Of a stretch of 53,811 nucleotides of DNA, positions 1 to 9,881 are shown in pieces (position 1 is the stretch's first letter; each line of letters starts with the position of its first letter). The notes below the pieces were generated by a model. It was not told the DNA's origin. It was given only the letters and a program-made list of their open reading frames with translations, and ran no database searches. The position numbers and the translations under genes were made by a program. Source of the DNA: an uncultured delta proteobacterium (GTDB taxonomy: Bacteria; Desulfobacterota; RBG-13-43-22); contig CAVUPH010000023.1 of the NCBI GenBank assembly GCA_963743305.1, positions 1-53,811 on the forward strand. The letters run 5' to 3'.

Positions 1-758
1 TTCTTCCCCAGATACGCTTCGATCACCCGGGGGTCATGCTGAATTTCCTGGGGTGTTCCTTCGGCAATCGTGGCCCCGTAGTCTAGTACCTTCACCCCAT
101 CGCAGAGTCCGGCCACAAAGCGCATATCGTGTTCAATCACCAGGAGAGACAGCTTGAAATCAGAGCGGATTTGCCGGATAAGCGCCATCAACTCTACGGT
201 TTCCCGGGGATTCATGCCCGCGGCCGGTTCGTCCAGCAACAACAGTTGCGGCCGGGTCGCCAGGGCCCGGGCGATCTCCAGCTTCCGCTGTTGGCCGTAG
301 GTCAGGGAGTGGGCCGAGGCCTCCGCCTTCTCCGCCAGGCCCATCCGTTCCAGAATAGCCCGCGCCTCGCTTTGCATGGACCGCTCTTCCTGCCGATAGC
401 GGGGAAATTGGAAAACCGCGCCCCAGAAAGAGGATCGCAGGCGGCCGTGAAAGGCCATCAGAACGTTTTCCAGAACGGTCATCTCCGGCAGCAGCCGGAT
501 ATTCTGAAAGGTGCGGCCGATGCCCTCCCGGCAAACGGCGTGGGGCGGCCAGCCGGCAATCTCCCGGTCGTTGAAACGAATCCGCCCCTCCCGGGGTTTC
601 AACACCCCGGTAATCAGATTGAAAACCGTTGTCTTTCCGGCCCCGTTCGGCCCGATCAGGCCCATGATCTTCCCCGGCCCCACCTGCCAGGAAAAATCAT
701 TGACGGCCATCAGCCCTTCAAAAAATAACGTCAGGTGGCGGATCTCCAGCAGAGTCAT
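1..758 (-). CDS. livG: Branched-chain amino acid ABC transporter ATP-binding protein (LivG-type), 3' end runs off the window
   Basis: Manual translation from the ATG at 758 gives MTLLEIRHLTLFFEGLMAVNDF...GPNGAGKTT (Walker A)...LLLDEPAAGMNP...VIEAYLG; start overlaps the livM stop. Confidence 0.9.
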   Translation of the reverse strand, partial: MTLLEIRHLTLFFEGLMAVNDFSWQVGPGKIMGLIGPNGAGKTTVFNLITGVLKPREGRIRFNDREIAGWPPHAVCREGIGRTFQNIRLLPEMTVLENVLMAFHGRLRSSFWGAVFQFPRYRQEERSMQSEARAILERMGLAEKAEASAHSLTYGQQRKLEIARALATRPQLLLLDEPAAGMNPRETVELMALIRQIRSDFKLSLLVIEHDMRFVAGLCDGVKVLDYGATIAEGTPQEIQHDPRVIEAYLGK

Positions 759-1747
759 GGCCTTCGGCGTAACACTTTATCCCAGGAAAATTCCCTCCGG
801 CCCATGAGCCCTTCCCGGGCGAAGAGGATGACCACTAATAGAATAAAGGAAAACAAGACCATGCGCATCCCGGGAATTCCCGGCACCTGCCAAGGCCCAA
901 GGTGCATCGGCTCCTCCACCCAGCGGAGCCATTCCCCGCCCCAGGTGATCAGAGCCGCCGCGATGACCGATCCGGTGATGCTCCCCAACCCCCCCACCAC
1001 AATCATGATCAGGAGGTTAAAGGTCAGGAAGAAGGAAAACAGGGTCGGTGAAATAGTGGTGATGAGATGGGCCAAGAGCCCACCGCCCAGACCGCCGAAA
1101 AAAGCGCTGATGACGAAGGCCAGCATCTTATGCCAGAAGACATTGATTCCCATGGCCGCCGCCGCCAGCTCGTCCTGGCGAACGGCCTTCAGCGCCCGGC
1201 CGTAGCTCCCCCTAATCAGCCGGGCCACAAAAACGACGGTCAAGAGCGCCACCCCCCAGGACCACCACAGATTGGTATAGGGGGGAAGGCCCTTGAGGCC
1301 CAAAGGGCCGTTGGTAATTGATTGGAGGTTATTGGCCGCTACCCGGACCACTTCCCCGAACCCCAGGGTGACGATGGCCAGATAATCCCCTTTGACCCGG
1401 AAGACGGGAAACCCGATCAGAAATCCAAACAAGGCCGCCACCACCCCCCCCGAGAGCAGGGCCAGGGGAAAAGGCAGGCAGACCTGATTGAGCGGCCAGA
1501 TCAAAGGCTCGATAATAAAAGAAATCCTTTTTTCTTCCGGGGCCATGGTCAGCAGGGCGGCGGTATAAGCCCCCAGAGCGATGAAGGCGTTGGGGGCCAG
1601 GGAAAACTGTCCGGTGACCCCATTGATCAGGTTGTAACTCACCGCCAATGAAATGAAGATACCGACCAGGCTCAGGATCCGGATCTGGTACTCGGAACTG
1701 TAGCGGCTGAAAAAAAACAGGACGGCCAGCAGGACCGGCACACTCAA
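755..1747 (-). CDS. livM: Branched-chain amino acid ABC transporter permease (LivM-type)
   Basis: Hydrophobic 330-aa ORF with GDYLAIVTLGFGE and GGLGSITGSV motifs; start uncertain (possible indel near 1748). Confidence 0.88.
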   Translation of the reverse strand: MSVPVLLAVLFFFSRYSSEYQIRILSLVGIFISLAVSYNLINGVTGQFSLAPNAFIALGAYTAALLTMAPEEKRISFIIEPLIWPLNQVCLPFPLALLSGGVVAALFGFLIGFPVFRVKGDYLAIVTLGFGEVVRVAANNLQSITNGPLGLKGLPPYTNLWWSWGVALLTVVFVARLIRGSYGRALKAVRQDELAAAAMGINVFWHKMLAFVISAFFGGLGGGLLAHLITTISPTLFSFFLTFNLLIMIVVGGLGSITGSVIAAALITWGGEWLRWVEEPMHLGPWQVPGIPGMRMVLFSFILLVVILFAREGLMGRREFSWDKVLRRRP

Positions 1748-1884
1748 GAAGGGTGAAAATAATATCCCGGCGGGAGGAAGGCAAGGGTAGTCTCCGATAA
1801 CCTTTAGCCAAAAAAATCTGATATTTTTTTGGCTGTAATAAAAACCACGTTAAAAGTTGTCAAACCATGTTTTCAGGTAAGAAT

Positions 1885-2772
1885 CTAACCGGATGACTCT
1901 TCGCCGAAAAGACCCGTCGGCCGGAGGAGGAGAATGGCAATCAAAAGGAAAAAGGCCAGGGCATCCCGGTAACCCGCCAGAGAAGGCAGCCAGGCGACCA
2001 GGAGTATTTCCAGGATTCCTAGAATCAGCCCTCCGGCCACGGCGCCGAACACGTTCCCGATCCCCCCTAGAACCGCTGCCACAAAGGCCTTCAGACCGGG
2101 GATCATCCCCATCAGGGGATTGATTTGGGGATATTTCATGGCCCAGAGAATCCCACCGGCGGCGGCCAGAGCCGAACCCAGTGCAAAAGTCAGGCTGATG
2201 ACCCGATTCACCGGAACGCCCATCAGCGATACGGTTTCCATATCCCGGGAAACCGCTCGCATGGCCAGACCGATCCGCGTCTTATAAATGAACACAAATA
2301 CCAGGGCCAGGATGACCGAGGTGACCGCCAGGGTCCAGAGGCTCAGGCTGAGAATTCGGACCCCGCCCCACTCGACGATTTCTCCCAGCACGGGCGGCCG
2401 GTAAAACGCCTTGGGCCGGCCGCCGAAGATCACCAAACCCAAATTTTCCAGAAGAAAGGAAACAGCGATGGCCGCAATCAAGGCCGAAATCCTGGGGGCC
2501 CGGCGGACGGGCAGGTAGGCCCCCCGGTCGATAGCCACTCCCAGCAACGCGGTCAGGGGTAAGGCCGCCAAAGCAGCCATCCACCAGGGCAGGGCAAACT
2601 GCACTACCCCGTAGTAGGAAAAGTAGGTGGCTACCATTAAAACATCGCCGTGGGCAAAATTGATCAGACGCAGTATCCCGTAGACCAGGGTGTAGCCGAT
2701 GGCGATCAAGGCGTAGAGGCATCCCAGGTTGAGGCCATTGATAACTTGCTGAACCAACCCCGCCCCGGTCAT
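1885..2772 (-). CDS. livH: Branched-chain amino acid ABC transporter permease (LivH-type)
   Basis: QQVINGL..G..YALIAIGYTLVYGILRLINFAHG and GLKAFVAAVLGGIG motifs; likely start ATG at 2772 overlapping the upstream stop. Confidence 0.9.
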   Translation of the reverse strand: MTGAGLVQQVINGLNLGCLYALIAIGYTLVYGILRLINFAHGDVLMVATYFSYYGVVQFALPWWMAALAALPLTALLGVAIDRGAYLPVRRAPRISALIAAIAVSFLLENLGLVIFGGRPKAFYRPPVLGEIVEWGGVRILSLSLWTLAVTSVILALVFVFIYKTRIGLAMRAVSRDMETVSLMGVPVNRVISLTFALGSALAAAGGILWAMKYPQINPLMGMIPGLKAFVAAVLGGIGNVFGAVAGGLILGILEILLVAWLPSLAGYRDALAFFLLIAILLLRPTGLFGEESSG

Positions 2773-3602
2773 GACCGCTCTCTGGAGAAAAGCCACATGA
2801 TCTCTCCGCCCAAGACAAAAAGCAGGCAAGAATAATAAATCCAAAGGATAAAAACGACCAGCAGGCCCAACGACCCGTAGACCGCGGCAAAGGAATTGAT
2901 AAAATTCACATAAATACGAAAAAGGTGTTTGGCCACTTCCCAGAGGCCGGCAATGAGCAGGGCCGCAAGAAAGGCGGCCCGGGTGGATGGTTTTCGAGTG
3001 GGTAAAAAACGAAAGAGGACAAAAAACATCAACACCGAAAAAAAATAGGCCACCAGGATGCCGGCCGTCCAGCCCCACCATTTCAGGTCCAACAAGGGAG
3101 GCAGCCCCAGCTTGGCCGGGATCGTCCGGATCAGATCGAAAAGGCCGTTCAGGAGGATGGAGAAGAGGAATAGGATTCCGGTAATTAATACATAAAGCAG
3201 GTCATGGAGTTTCTCCCGCAGGTAGCTATGATGGGAGACGATCTCCAGGGTCTTGTTCAGGACGGTCCGAATGGAACCGAAGAGGCGCATGGCCGTCCAA
3301 ATCAAACCTATAAAACCCACTAGCCCGACGATCTGACGATCCTTGACCAGATTCAGGATATTGGCGGTCAATTTAGGTGAAGCCTGGGGAAGCATCCGGA
3401 CCAGATAGGTTCGAACGTAATCCAGAATCTCCTGGGAGGAATTCAGAAAAAATCCCAGTAAAGAGAGGATGACCAAGATCAAAGGGATAAAGCAGATCAG
3501 GAAATCAAAGGCCAGCCCGGAGGCTAAAAAAAAGATATTATCCTGATCCAGTTTTTGAAACCATCCCCGCGGTTTTCGGGACGAACGCGTTTTGGATCTC
3601 AT
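2769..3602 (-). CDS. YihY/virulence factor BrkB family membrane protein
   Basis: LASGLAF..L...IP and YGSLG.LVVFILWIYYS..L.VLGGE motifs, multiple TM segments. Confidence 0.85.
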   Translation of the reverse strand: MRSKTRSSRKPRGWFQKLDQDNIFFLASGLAFDFLICFIPLILVILSLLGFFLNSSQEILDYVRTYLVRMLPQASPKLTANILNLVKDRQIVGLVGFIGLIWTAMRLFGSIRTVLNKTLEIVSHHSYLREKLHDLLYVLITGILFLFSILLNGLFDLIRTIPAKLGLPPLLDLKWWGWTAGILVAYFFSVLMFFVLFRFLPTRKPSTRAAFLAALLIAGLWEVAKHLFRIYVNFINSFAAVYGSLGLLVVFILWIYYSCLLFVLGGEIMWLFSRERS

Positions 3603-3946
3603 GGAGCTTCTTTTTTACCCACGGCTTCAATCTTTTCCCCGGCCCTTTCGATGCGCTCCAACGACCTTTCGGTTTTTTTCGAGGCCTCTTCCAGTCGCTG
3701 GTAGGTCTCCTGGGTTTTCCGCTGCAACTCCAAAAGCCGCTTTTCGGTTTCCTCCAACTTTCGGGTCAAGGCTTCCATTTTCTTCTTTTCTTCCGCTCGG
3801 TCGCCCGATTTCTCGACTTCCTCGGGCTGAATCCTCTTGGCCGGGTCCTCATACCCGCTGATAACCTGCTTAGGCGGAAGGCAGCCGCTGAACAGTACCA
3901 AGATCCAAAACCCGGCAGTTAAAAAAACGATGCTTTTTTTCTTCAT
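3599..3946 (-). CDS. Hypothetical coiled-coil lipoprotein
   Basis: Signal peptide with lipobox LFSGC followed by an E/K-rich helix; stop overlaps the yihY start. Confidence 0.7.
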   Translation of the reverse strand: MKKKSIVFLTAGFWILVLFSGCLPPKQVISGYEDPAKRIQPEEVEKSGDRAEEKKKMEALTRKLEETEKRLLELQRKTQETYQRLEEASKKTERSLERIERAGEKIEAVGKKEAP

Positions 3947-4136
3947 GCTTCCATCCTCAAGTCGTAAATAAGCCTTTTGACTTGCAACATCCGTTCAAAA
4001 TCCCATAGTCAATTGATAATTAACAGGGTTGACTTTGACTTAATGCTATCCGATTAGGGGAGTTTTCTGGCCGGCTTGTATTTCCTGCCTCAGGCTGCCC
4101 GTCCCAGGTCCAGAGAAAAAAACCGACGGATTCCGG

Positions 4137-4805
4137 TCAGGCCGGCTCCAGATCCCGCAAGGGGCAATCCCCGCAAAGCGGCGCTTTTTTCTTACAATAG
4201 GTCTTGGCCGTCCGAACAATGAGGGCATGAAATTCGTTGAACAGGGGGGCGTCCTCCGGCAAGGACTCCATAAAAAAAGAACGCAAGCCCTCATAGTCGG
4301 ATTCCTCGGGAACCAGTCGGTGACGGGAAAAGATCCGATGGGTGTAGGCGTCCACCACAAATGTGGGCTTGCCCAGGGCGTACAATAGGATACTGTCCGC
4401 CGTTTCCGGTCCAACTCCCCGAACACCCAACAGTTGATCCCGGACTTTTTCCAGAGGCAGCTCAGCCAGGGCCCCGATTTGGCCCTGATACTCCTCTTGG
4501 AGAAAATGAAAAAAATTTTTGAGGCGCTGGGCCTTGATCCGATAATATCCGGCCGGCCGAATCCACTCGGCCAATTGTGCTTCCCCCATTCGCGTTAGCC
4601 GCTCAACCGAGAGAGCCCCCTCCTCTTTCAGTCGGGCCAAAGCTTGCTCCACATTGCGCCAGGAGGTGTTTTGGGTTAGAATAGCCCCGACGATAATCTC
4701 CAACGGGGTTTCCCCCGGCCACCAACCGCTTGGCCCTAAGGCAGCCTGGAGGCGTTTGTAGATCGCCAGTAGTTGGGATCGCGCAACCGAAAACATAGCG
4801 TTCAT
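4137..4805 (-). CDS. Endonuclease III-related HhH-GPD protein with a [4Fe-4S] motif
   Basis: WWPGETP.EI.VGAILTQNT.W, GVGPETADSILLYA, VVDAYT and C-terminal CKKKAPLCGDCPL; start 4805 or 4796. Confidence 0.88.
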   Translation of the reverse strand: MNAMFSVARSQLLAIYKRLQAALGPSGWWPGETPLEIIVGAILTQNTSWRNVEQALARLKEEGALSVERLTRMGEAQLAEWIRPAGYYRIKAQRLKNFFHFLQEEYQGQIGALAELPLEKVRDQLLGVRGVGPETADSILLYALGKPTFVVDAYTHRIFSRHRLVPEESDYEGLRSFFMESLPEDAPLFNEFHALIVRTAKTYCKKKAPLCGDCPLRDLEPA

Positions 4806-4951
4806 TATAGCAAAGGTCCCTGAAATTAACAACGCCTTACCCGTGAGGTTCCTTCCCCTCGCGACGGGTACCTTTTGCTTTGCCCCCTTGACGAATGATG
4901 GAAAATAGCCTACAGTTCCCCCTACCTTACGGAGGAATCGGGGTTCCCGGT

Positions 4952-7021
4952 ATGACGGCCAAAGATTCACGACTGCGCAAGATACGAAACATCGGCATTA
5001 TGGCCCACATCGATGCCGGCAAGACCACTTTGACCGAGCGCATCCTTTTTTATACCGGCAAATCCTACAAAATCGGGGAGGTCCATGACGGGGAGGCGGT
5101 CATGGACTGGATGCCTGAAGAACAGGAACGGGGCATCACCATCACCTCGGCCGTGACCACCTGCCATTGGTTGAACCAGACCATCAACATAATCGACACC
5201 CCCGGTCACGTGGATTTCACCATAGAAGTGGAACGTTCCTTGCGTATTTTGGACGGGGCCGTGGCCGTTTTCTGCGCCGTGGGCGGAGTGGAGCCCCAGT
5301 CGGAGACCGTCTGGCACCAGGCGGACAAGTACCATGTGCCCCGAATCGCTTTTATCAACAAACTCGACCGGGTAGGCGCGGATTTCCAGGGGACCGTTTC
5401 CCAGATCAAAGATAAATTGGGGGCCCAGCCCCTAATCCTCCATCTGCCTTGGGGGAAGGAAGAAAATTTCCAGGGGACCATCGACCTGCTCCATTTTAAC
5501 GCCCTTAAATGGAACGAGGACAACATGGGGGCCGAGTTTGAGGTGCAGCCCATCCCGGCGGAACTCCAGGAGGAAGCGGCCTTGTACCGGGAAAAATTAT
5601 TGGAAATACTGGCCGACTTGGATGAAACCCTTCTGGAGCGTTATTTGGGCGGCGAAACCATCGAAGCGGAATCCCTGCTTCCGGTAATCCGTCAAGGGAC
5701 CATCGATTTAAAAATCGTTCCGGTCTTCTGCGGAGCCGCCCTAAGGAACAAAGGCGTCCAGCCGCTGTTGGACGGTATTGTGCACTTTCTTCCGAATCCT
5801 CTCGATATTCCGCCGGTGAGCGGCCAGAATCCAAACACCAAAATCCTGGAAAACCGCCCCCCTCGGGACGACGCTCCCTTTGCCGGCCTGGCCTTTAAGA
5901 TCAGCATGGATCAGGGACGGAAGCTCACCTATTTGAGGATCTACTCAGGCATCCTGAATGTGGGCCAGGAGGTCTATAGCCCCCTTAAAAATACCCGGGA
6001 ACGGGTGGCCCGCATCCTGCGCATGCATGCCAACAAGCGGGAACGGATCGAACAGGCCCGGGCGGGGGATATCATCGGGGTCATCGGCTTAAAAAGCTCC
6101 GCTACCGGCGATACCTTGACCGATCCCGAATACCCCATCATCCTGGAAGCCATTGATACTTACGAACCGGTCCTCTCTCTGGCTATTGAGCCTAAGACCT
6201 CCGGGCAGCAGGAAAAGATCGTCGACGTGCTGGGGAAAATGGCTGAGGAGGACCCCACCTTTCATTTTCGAATGGACGAGGATTCCGGCCAGACGGTCAT
6301 TTCCGGCATGGGGGAACTGCATCTGGAGGTGCTGGTTCACCGGTTGGAAAGGGAATATAACCTGGCGGTCAACACCGGAAAACCCCAGGTCGTCTACCGG
6401 GAAACCATTCGGCAGGCCGCCGAGGTGGAAGAGATCTTTGACCGGGAACTGGGAGGAGTCCATCATCAGGCACAGGTCAACCTCCAATTGATCCCTAACT
6501 CCCGCGGGGAAGGAAATCTCTTTATGAGCCTGGTCCCGGAAGAAACGGTCCCCGCCGCCATCGTTGATGCCATTGAGTCGGCCGTGAACGAATCCTGCAC
6601 TTCCGGGGTCGTTCAGGGATACCCCGTGGTCGATGTCAAGGTGGTCCTGACCCAAGCACAGACCACGGAAAGCCAATTTTCGGAGATGGCCTTTCGGGTG
6701 GCGGCTGCTCTGGCCTTTCGTAACGGCTGCCAGAAAGCCCAACCGGTACTCCTGGAACCCATCATGCAGATGGAAATCATCGTGCCCGACGAATTCCTAG
6801 GAGAAGTGATCGGGGACTTAAACGGCCGCAAAGGGAAAATCGAAAAAATCAGCTCCCGCAAAAAAATCCAGCAGGTTCGAGCCATCGCCCCCCTTTCGCT
6901 GATGTTCGGCTATTCAACGGCCCTGCGGTCGGCCAGCCAAGGTCGGGCAACCTTTTCCATGCATTTTTCACATTACAGCCCGGTATCGCCACCTTCGGCC
7001 GGCGGCCAGGGAAAAACCTAA
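4952..7021 (+). CDS. fusA: Elongation factor G (outside the str operon, possibly a paralog)
   Basis: [38 protein letters not shown]; GGAGG upstream of ATG 4952. Confidence 0.95.
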   Translation: MTAKDSRLRKIRNIGIMAHIDAGKTTLTERILFYTGKSYKIGEVHDGEAVMDWMPEEQERGITITSAVTTCHWLNQTINIIDTPGHVDFTIEVERSLRILDGAVAVFCAVGGVEPQSETVWHQADKYHVPRIAFINKLDRVGADFQGTVSQIKDKLGAQPLILHLPWGKEENFQGTIDLLHFNALKWNEDNMGAEFEVQPIPAELQEEAALYREKLLEILADLDETLLERYLGGETIEAESLLPVIRQGTIDLKIVPVFCGAALRNKGVQPLLDGIVHFLPNPLDIPPVSGQNPNTKILENRPPRDDAPFAGLAFKISMDQGRKLTYLRIYSGILNVGQEVYSPLKNTRERVARILRMHANKRERIEQARAGDIIGVIGLKSSATGDTLTDPEYPIILEAIDTYEPVLSLAIEPKTSGQQEKIVDVLGKMAEEDPTFHFRMDEDSGQTVISGMGELHLEVLVHRLEREYNLAVNTGKPQVVYRETIRQAAEVEEIFDRELGGVHHQAQVNLQLIPNSRGEGNLFMSLVPEETVPAAIVDAIESAVNESCTSGVVQGYPVVDVKVVLTQAQTTESQFSEMAFRVAAALAFRNGCQKAQPVLLEPIMQMEIIVPDEFLGEVIGDLNGRKGKIEKISSRKKIQQVRAIAPLSLMFGYSTALRSASQGRATFSMHFSHYSPVSPPSAGGQGKT

Positions 7022-7087
7022 CCAAAAATATTTAACTTTTTGGTTCAAATTCGAAATTTCGAATTCATGTAATAGTAAAGGATCCCA

Positions 7088-8746
7088 ATGGACTCAACAG
7101 ATCTGAAAGACCAGCCTTCGCCGGACGAAGCGGAATTAACCTCAGGCCCTTCCGAAAGACAACCGGAAGAAACCAGTTTTGCGGAACTCTTCGAAGCCCG
7201 ACCTTCCATGACCTCCCGAAAGAAAATCCAACCCGGAGACCTGGTACAAGGCCAGGTCGTCCTGATCACTAAAGATACGGTGTTTGTCGATTTCGGGTAT
7301 AAAGCCGAGGGCTGGGCCTCGATCGATAATTTTGTAGACGCCGAAGGCCGGTCCACCATCGCCGTTGGCTCCGAGGTTTCCCTCACCGTGATCGAATTTA
7401 CTCCTCAGGGAGTCCACCTGGGGACGAGCCTGCGGAAAGCCCACGGAACGCTCGGACGGGAATTGCTCCAGAGGGCCTATGAGGCGGACCTCCCGGTGGA
7501 AGGGATGGTCCTTAAGGTCAACAAAGGGGGATTGGAAGTGGAGATTGGTGGCGCTCGGGCCTTCTGCCCCCTTTCCCAGATTGACCTTCACTACTGCGAA
7601 AATCCGGAAGTCCTGGTGGGGACCAACCAAAAATTCCAAGTGCTGCGAATTGAGGAGGAAGGACGGAACGTGCTCCTCTCCCGCCGGGCCGTGTTGCAGG
7701 CCGAACGGGAAGCGCAGGCCGCCAAGGTGAGAGAGACCCTGGCCATAGGGGCCGTTCTGGACGGCGTGATAACGCGCTTAACCCCCTTCGGCGCCTTTGT
7801 GGATCTGGGCGGACTAGAGGGTTTGCTGCACATTTCCGAAATTTCGAGGCAGCAGGTCGCCGACCCCGCCGACCGCCTCCAAACCGGGCAGGCGGTCAGA
7901 GTCCAAGTCCTGCGACTGGAGCAGGGGGAAAAAGGGGAAGAACGAATCAGTTTATCCATGAAATCCTTGGAACCGGATCCCTGGCTGGAGGAACTCCCCT
8001 TTCAGGAGGGGGCCCTGGTCTCCGGCCAGGTCAGCCATTTAACTCCTTACGGGGCCTTTGTGGAGTTGAGCCCGGGCCTGGAAGGATTGATTCATATCTC
8101 AGAGATATCCGACCGGCGGATTGCCCATCCCAAACAGGTGCTCAGCCCCGGGGAAACCGTAACGGTCATGATTCTGGAAATCGACCGGGATCGTCAACGG
8201 GTATCTCTCTCGCTGAAGGCGGCCGCTCCCCCGGCGGAGCACTCGACCGGCGAACTTTCCGAGACCCGCACCGGGGATGTGATCCGCCGCGGTCGGAGGT
8301 TGGATGAATTAGAGGCCGGGGATTTGGCTTCATCTCCCCTGTCTTCCGCCGACGTCGAAATTTCGGAGGATCGGTCGGTCTCCGCTCTTCCGCTTACCCC
8401 CCTGAAGCCCCGAGTCGGCCTGATCACCAGAGGCGTCATCAGCAGTGTCAAACCCTACGGCCTCTTTCTGGATCTGCCCGAATTGGGTTCCCGGGTTCGC
8501 GGCCTCCTTCACCAAAGTAACCTGGCCGCCGGGTCCGGTTCTTCCCCGAAAGGATTGAAGGAAGGAGAGGCATTGGAAGTGGAGATCATCAAGATCGACG
8601 ATCAGGGCCGGATCTCCCTCTCCAGGAAATCGGTCATTGAAAACCAGGAACGAGCCGAATTGAAACACTACTTGGGACAGGACCAGGGATCCGGAACCCT
8701 CGGGACCATGGCCGATCTTTTCAAGAAATTCAAAAAACCGGCTTAG
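7088..8746 (+). CDS. rpsA: 30S ribosomal protein S1-like multi-S1-domain RNA-binding protein
   Basis: Repeated S1 motifs (FGAFVDLGGLEGLLHISEIS, YGAFVELSPGLEGLIHISEIS, YGLFLDL); about five domains, may be a paralog. Confidence 0.75.
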   Translation: MDSTDLKDQPSPDEAELTSGPSERQPEETSFAELFEARPSMTSRKKIQPGDLVQGQVVLITKDTVFVDFGYKAEGWASIDNFVDAEGRSTIAVGSEVSLTVIEFTPQGVHLGTSLRKAHGTLGRELLQRAYEADLPVEGMVLKVNKGGLEVEIGGARAFCPLSQIDLHYCENPEVLVGTNQKFQVLRIEEEGRNVLLSRRAVLQAEREAQAAKVRETLAIGAVLDGVITRLTPFGAFVDLGGLEGLLHISEISRQQVADPADRLQTGQAVRVQVLRLEQGEKGEERISLSMKSLEPDPWLEELPFQEGALVSGQVSHLTPYGAFVELSPGLEGLIHISEISDRRIAHPKQVLSPGETVTVMILEIDRDRQRVSLSLKAAAPPAEHSTGELSETRTGDVIRRGRRLDELEAGDLASSPLSSADVEISEDRSVSALPLTPLKPRVGLITRGVISSVKPYGLFLDLPELGSRVRGLLHQSNLAAGSGSSPKGLKEGEALEVEIIKIDDQGRISLSRKSVIENQERAELKHYLGQDQGSGTLGTMADLFKKFKKPA

Positions 8747-8905
8747 CCCCTGAGACTTCTATTATCTCCTCTCATACCAGACGAACGTCGAACATGGGAA
8801 TATCCTGAATGCTTTCTTGGCTGTTTTGGATCGGCGACTGCCTAGCCGGGCAGGTTAGGCTGAAATCGGGCCTTCGAGGACACCAGGTCCCGGACCGGGG
8901 GGTCT

Positions 8906-8923
8906 TTGTTTCATATTTCACAT
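8906..8923. promoter_or_regulatory. Possible Rex operator
   Basis: TTGTTTCATATTTCACAT matches TTGTGAAATATTTCACAA at 14/18 positions, upstream of a redox operon. Confidence 0.3.
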
Positions 8924-9021
8924 AGTTTCTCTTTTCCAGGTTTCTCCATTTTCAATACAAAATCAAGCCCTGCGCCTCAATAACCCCATCGTTCCATAAC
9001 TGGCTAATTTATTTTTAATAA

Positions 9022-9037
9022 TTGACTGCCTAGTCAA
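9022..9037. promoter_or_regulatory. Palindromic operator-like site TTGACT-N4-AGTCAA
   Basis: Perfect 6-bp arms in the AT-rich region upstream of 9171. Confidence 0.4.
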
Positions 9038-9068
9038 AATATTTTTTTCAGGAAGAAGAGATTCCCTA

Positions 9069-9097
9069 TTGACAGGGGATAGGATTTTCAGTAAGAA
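9069..9097 (+). promoter_or_regulatory. Putative sigma70 promoter
   Basis: TTGACA (9069-9074), 17-bp spacer, TAAGAA (9092-9097). Confidence 0.5.
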
Positions 9098-9170
9098 AAG
9101 GGGACTTTGTGTTATAGTGAATTGTTTCGGCCTTTAAAAAAAACATCTTTTATGTCTCAAGGAGGTCGTC

Positions 9171-9857
9171 ATGACGTTTACTTCTTTTGTTGAAGGACCC
9201 CTGTTATGGATCGCCTTTCTAACCTTCCTGGTCGGAAGCGCCTTACGCTTACTTTTTTTCATCACCCTGAGTACCAAAAAAGACAAACCCGTTTATCGTT
9301 ACTTCAGTTTTAAATGGATGAGTCTTTCCATCCTGCGTTGGTTACTCCCCTTAAATGTGGACCTTAAAAAAACTCCCGTCTTTACCATTTTGGGATATAT
9401 CTTTCATATTTGTCTCCTGGCGGTTCCTATTTTCTTCAGCGCCCATGTCACGCTTTGGCAGGAAAGCCGCTTTGGCTGGAGCTGGTGGCAAATGCCGGAC
9501 AACTGGGCGGATTGGATGACCCTGACCTTGATCGCCATCACCCTTTTCTTTATCGTGCGACGAATAGTTCTGGCCGAAGTCCGGATCATCACCACCGCTT
9601 CGGATTATCTGCTTTTGATCGTTTGTGCCCTGCCTTTCATCACCGGATACATCAACACCCACCCGGACGGCAGCGCCTACGCCTGGACGACCTCGGCGTT
9701 ACCCTTCTATGGACAGTATACCACTACCCTCCACCTCCTGACCGGGGAACTGATGCTGATACTGGTCCCCTTTTCCAAATTGTCCCACTGGATCCTGTTC
9801 TTTGTTTCCCGCTCGGTTATCGGCGTTGAATTCGGGCGAAGGAACTATTCCGTTTAA
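9171..9857 (+). CDS. NarI-family membrane b-type cytochrome (TmcC/HmcE/DsrM-like)
   Basis: About five TM helices, conserved His (FHICL, AHV, LHLL, PFSKLSHW); GGAGG RBS. Confidence 0.82.
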   Translation: MTFTSFVEGPLLWIAFLTFLVGSALRLLFFITLSTKKDKPVYRYFSFKWMSLSILRWLLPLNVDLKKTPVFTILGYIFHICLLAVPIFFSAHVTLWQESRFGWSWWQMPDNWADWMTLTLIAITLFFIVRRIVLAEVRIITTASDYLLLIVCALPFITGYINTHPDGSAYAWTTSALPFYGQYTTTLHLLTGELMLILVPFSKLSHWILFFVSRSVIGVEFGRRNYSV

Positions 9858-9881
9858 CCCGTCATCAAGAGGAGTACTCCA

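Noticed and set aside
4952-8746. fusA and an S1 gene outside their usual operons as a novel system
   Set aside because: Extra EF-G and S1-like paralogs are common in this lineage and the motifs look ordinary
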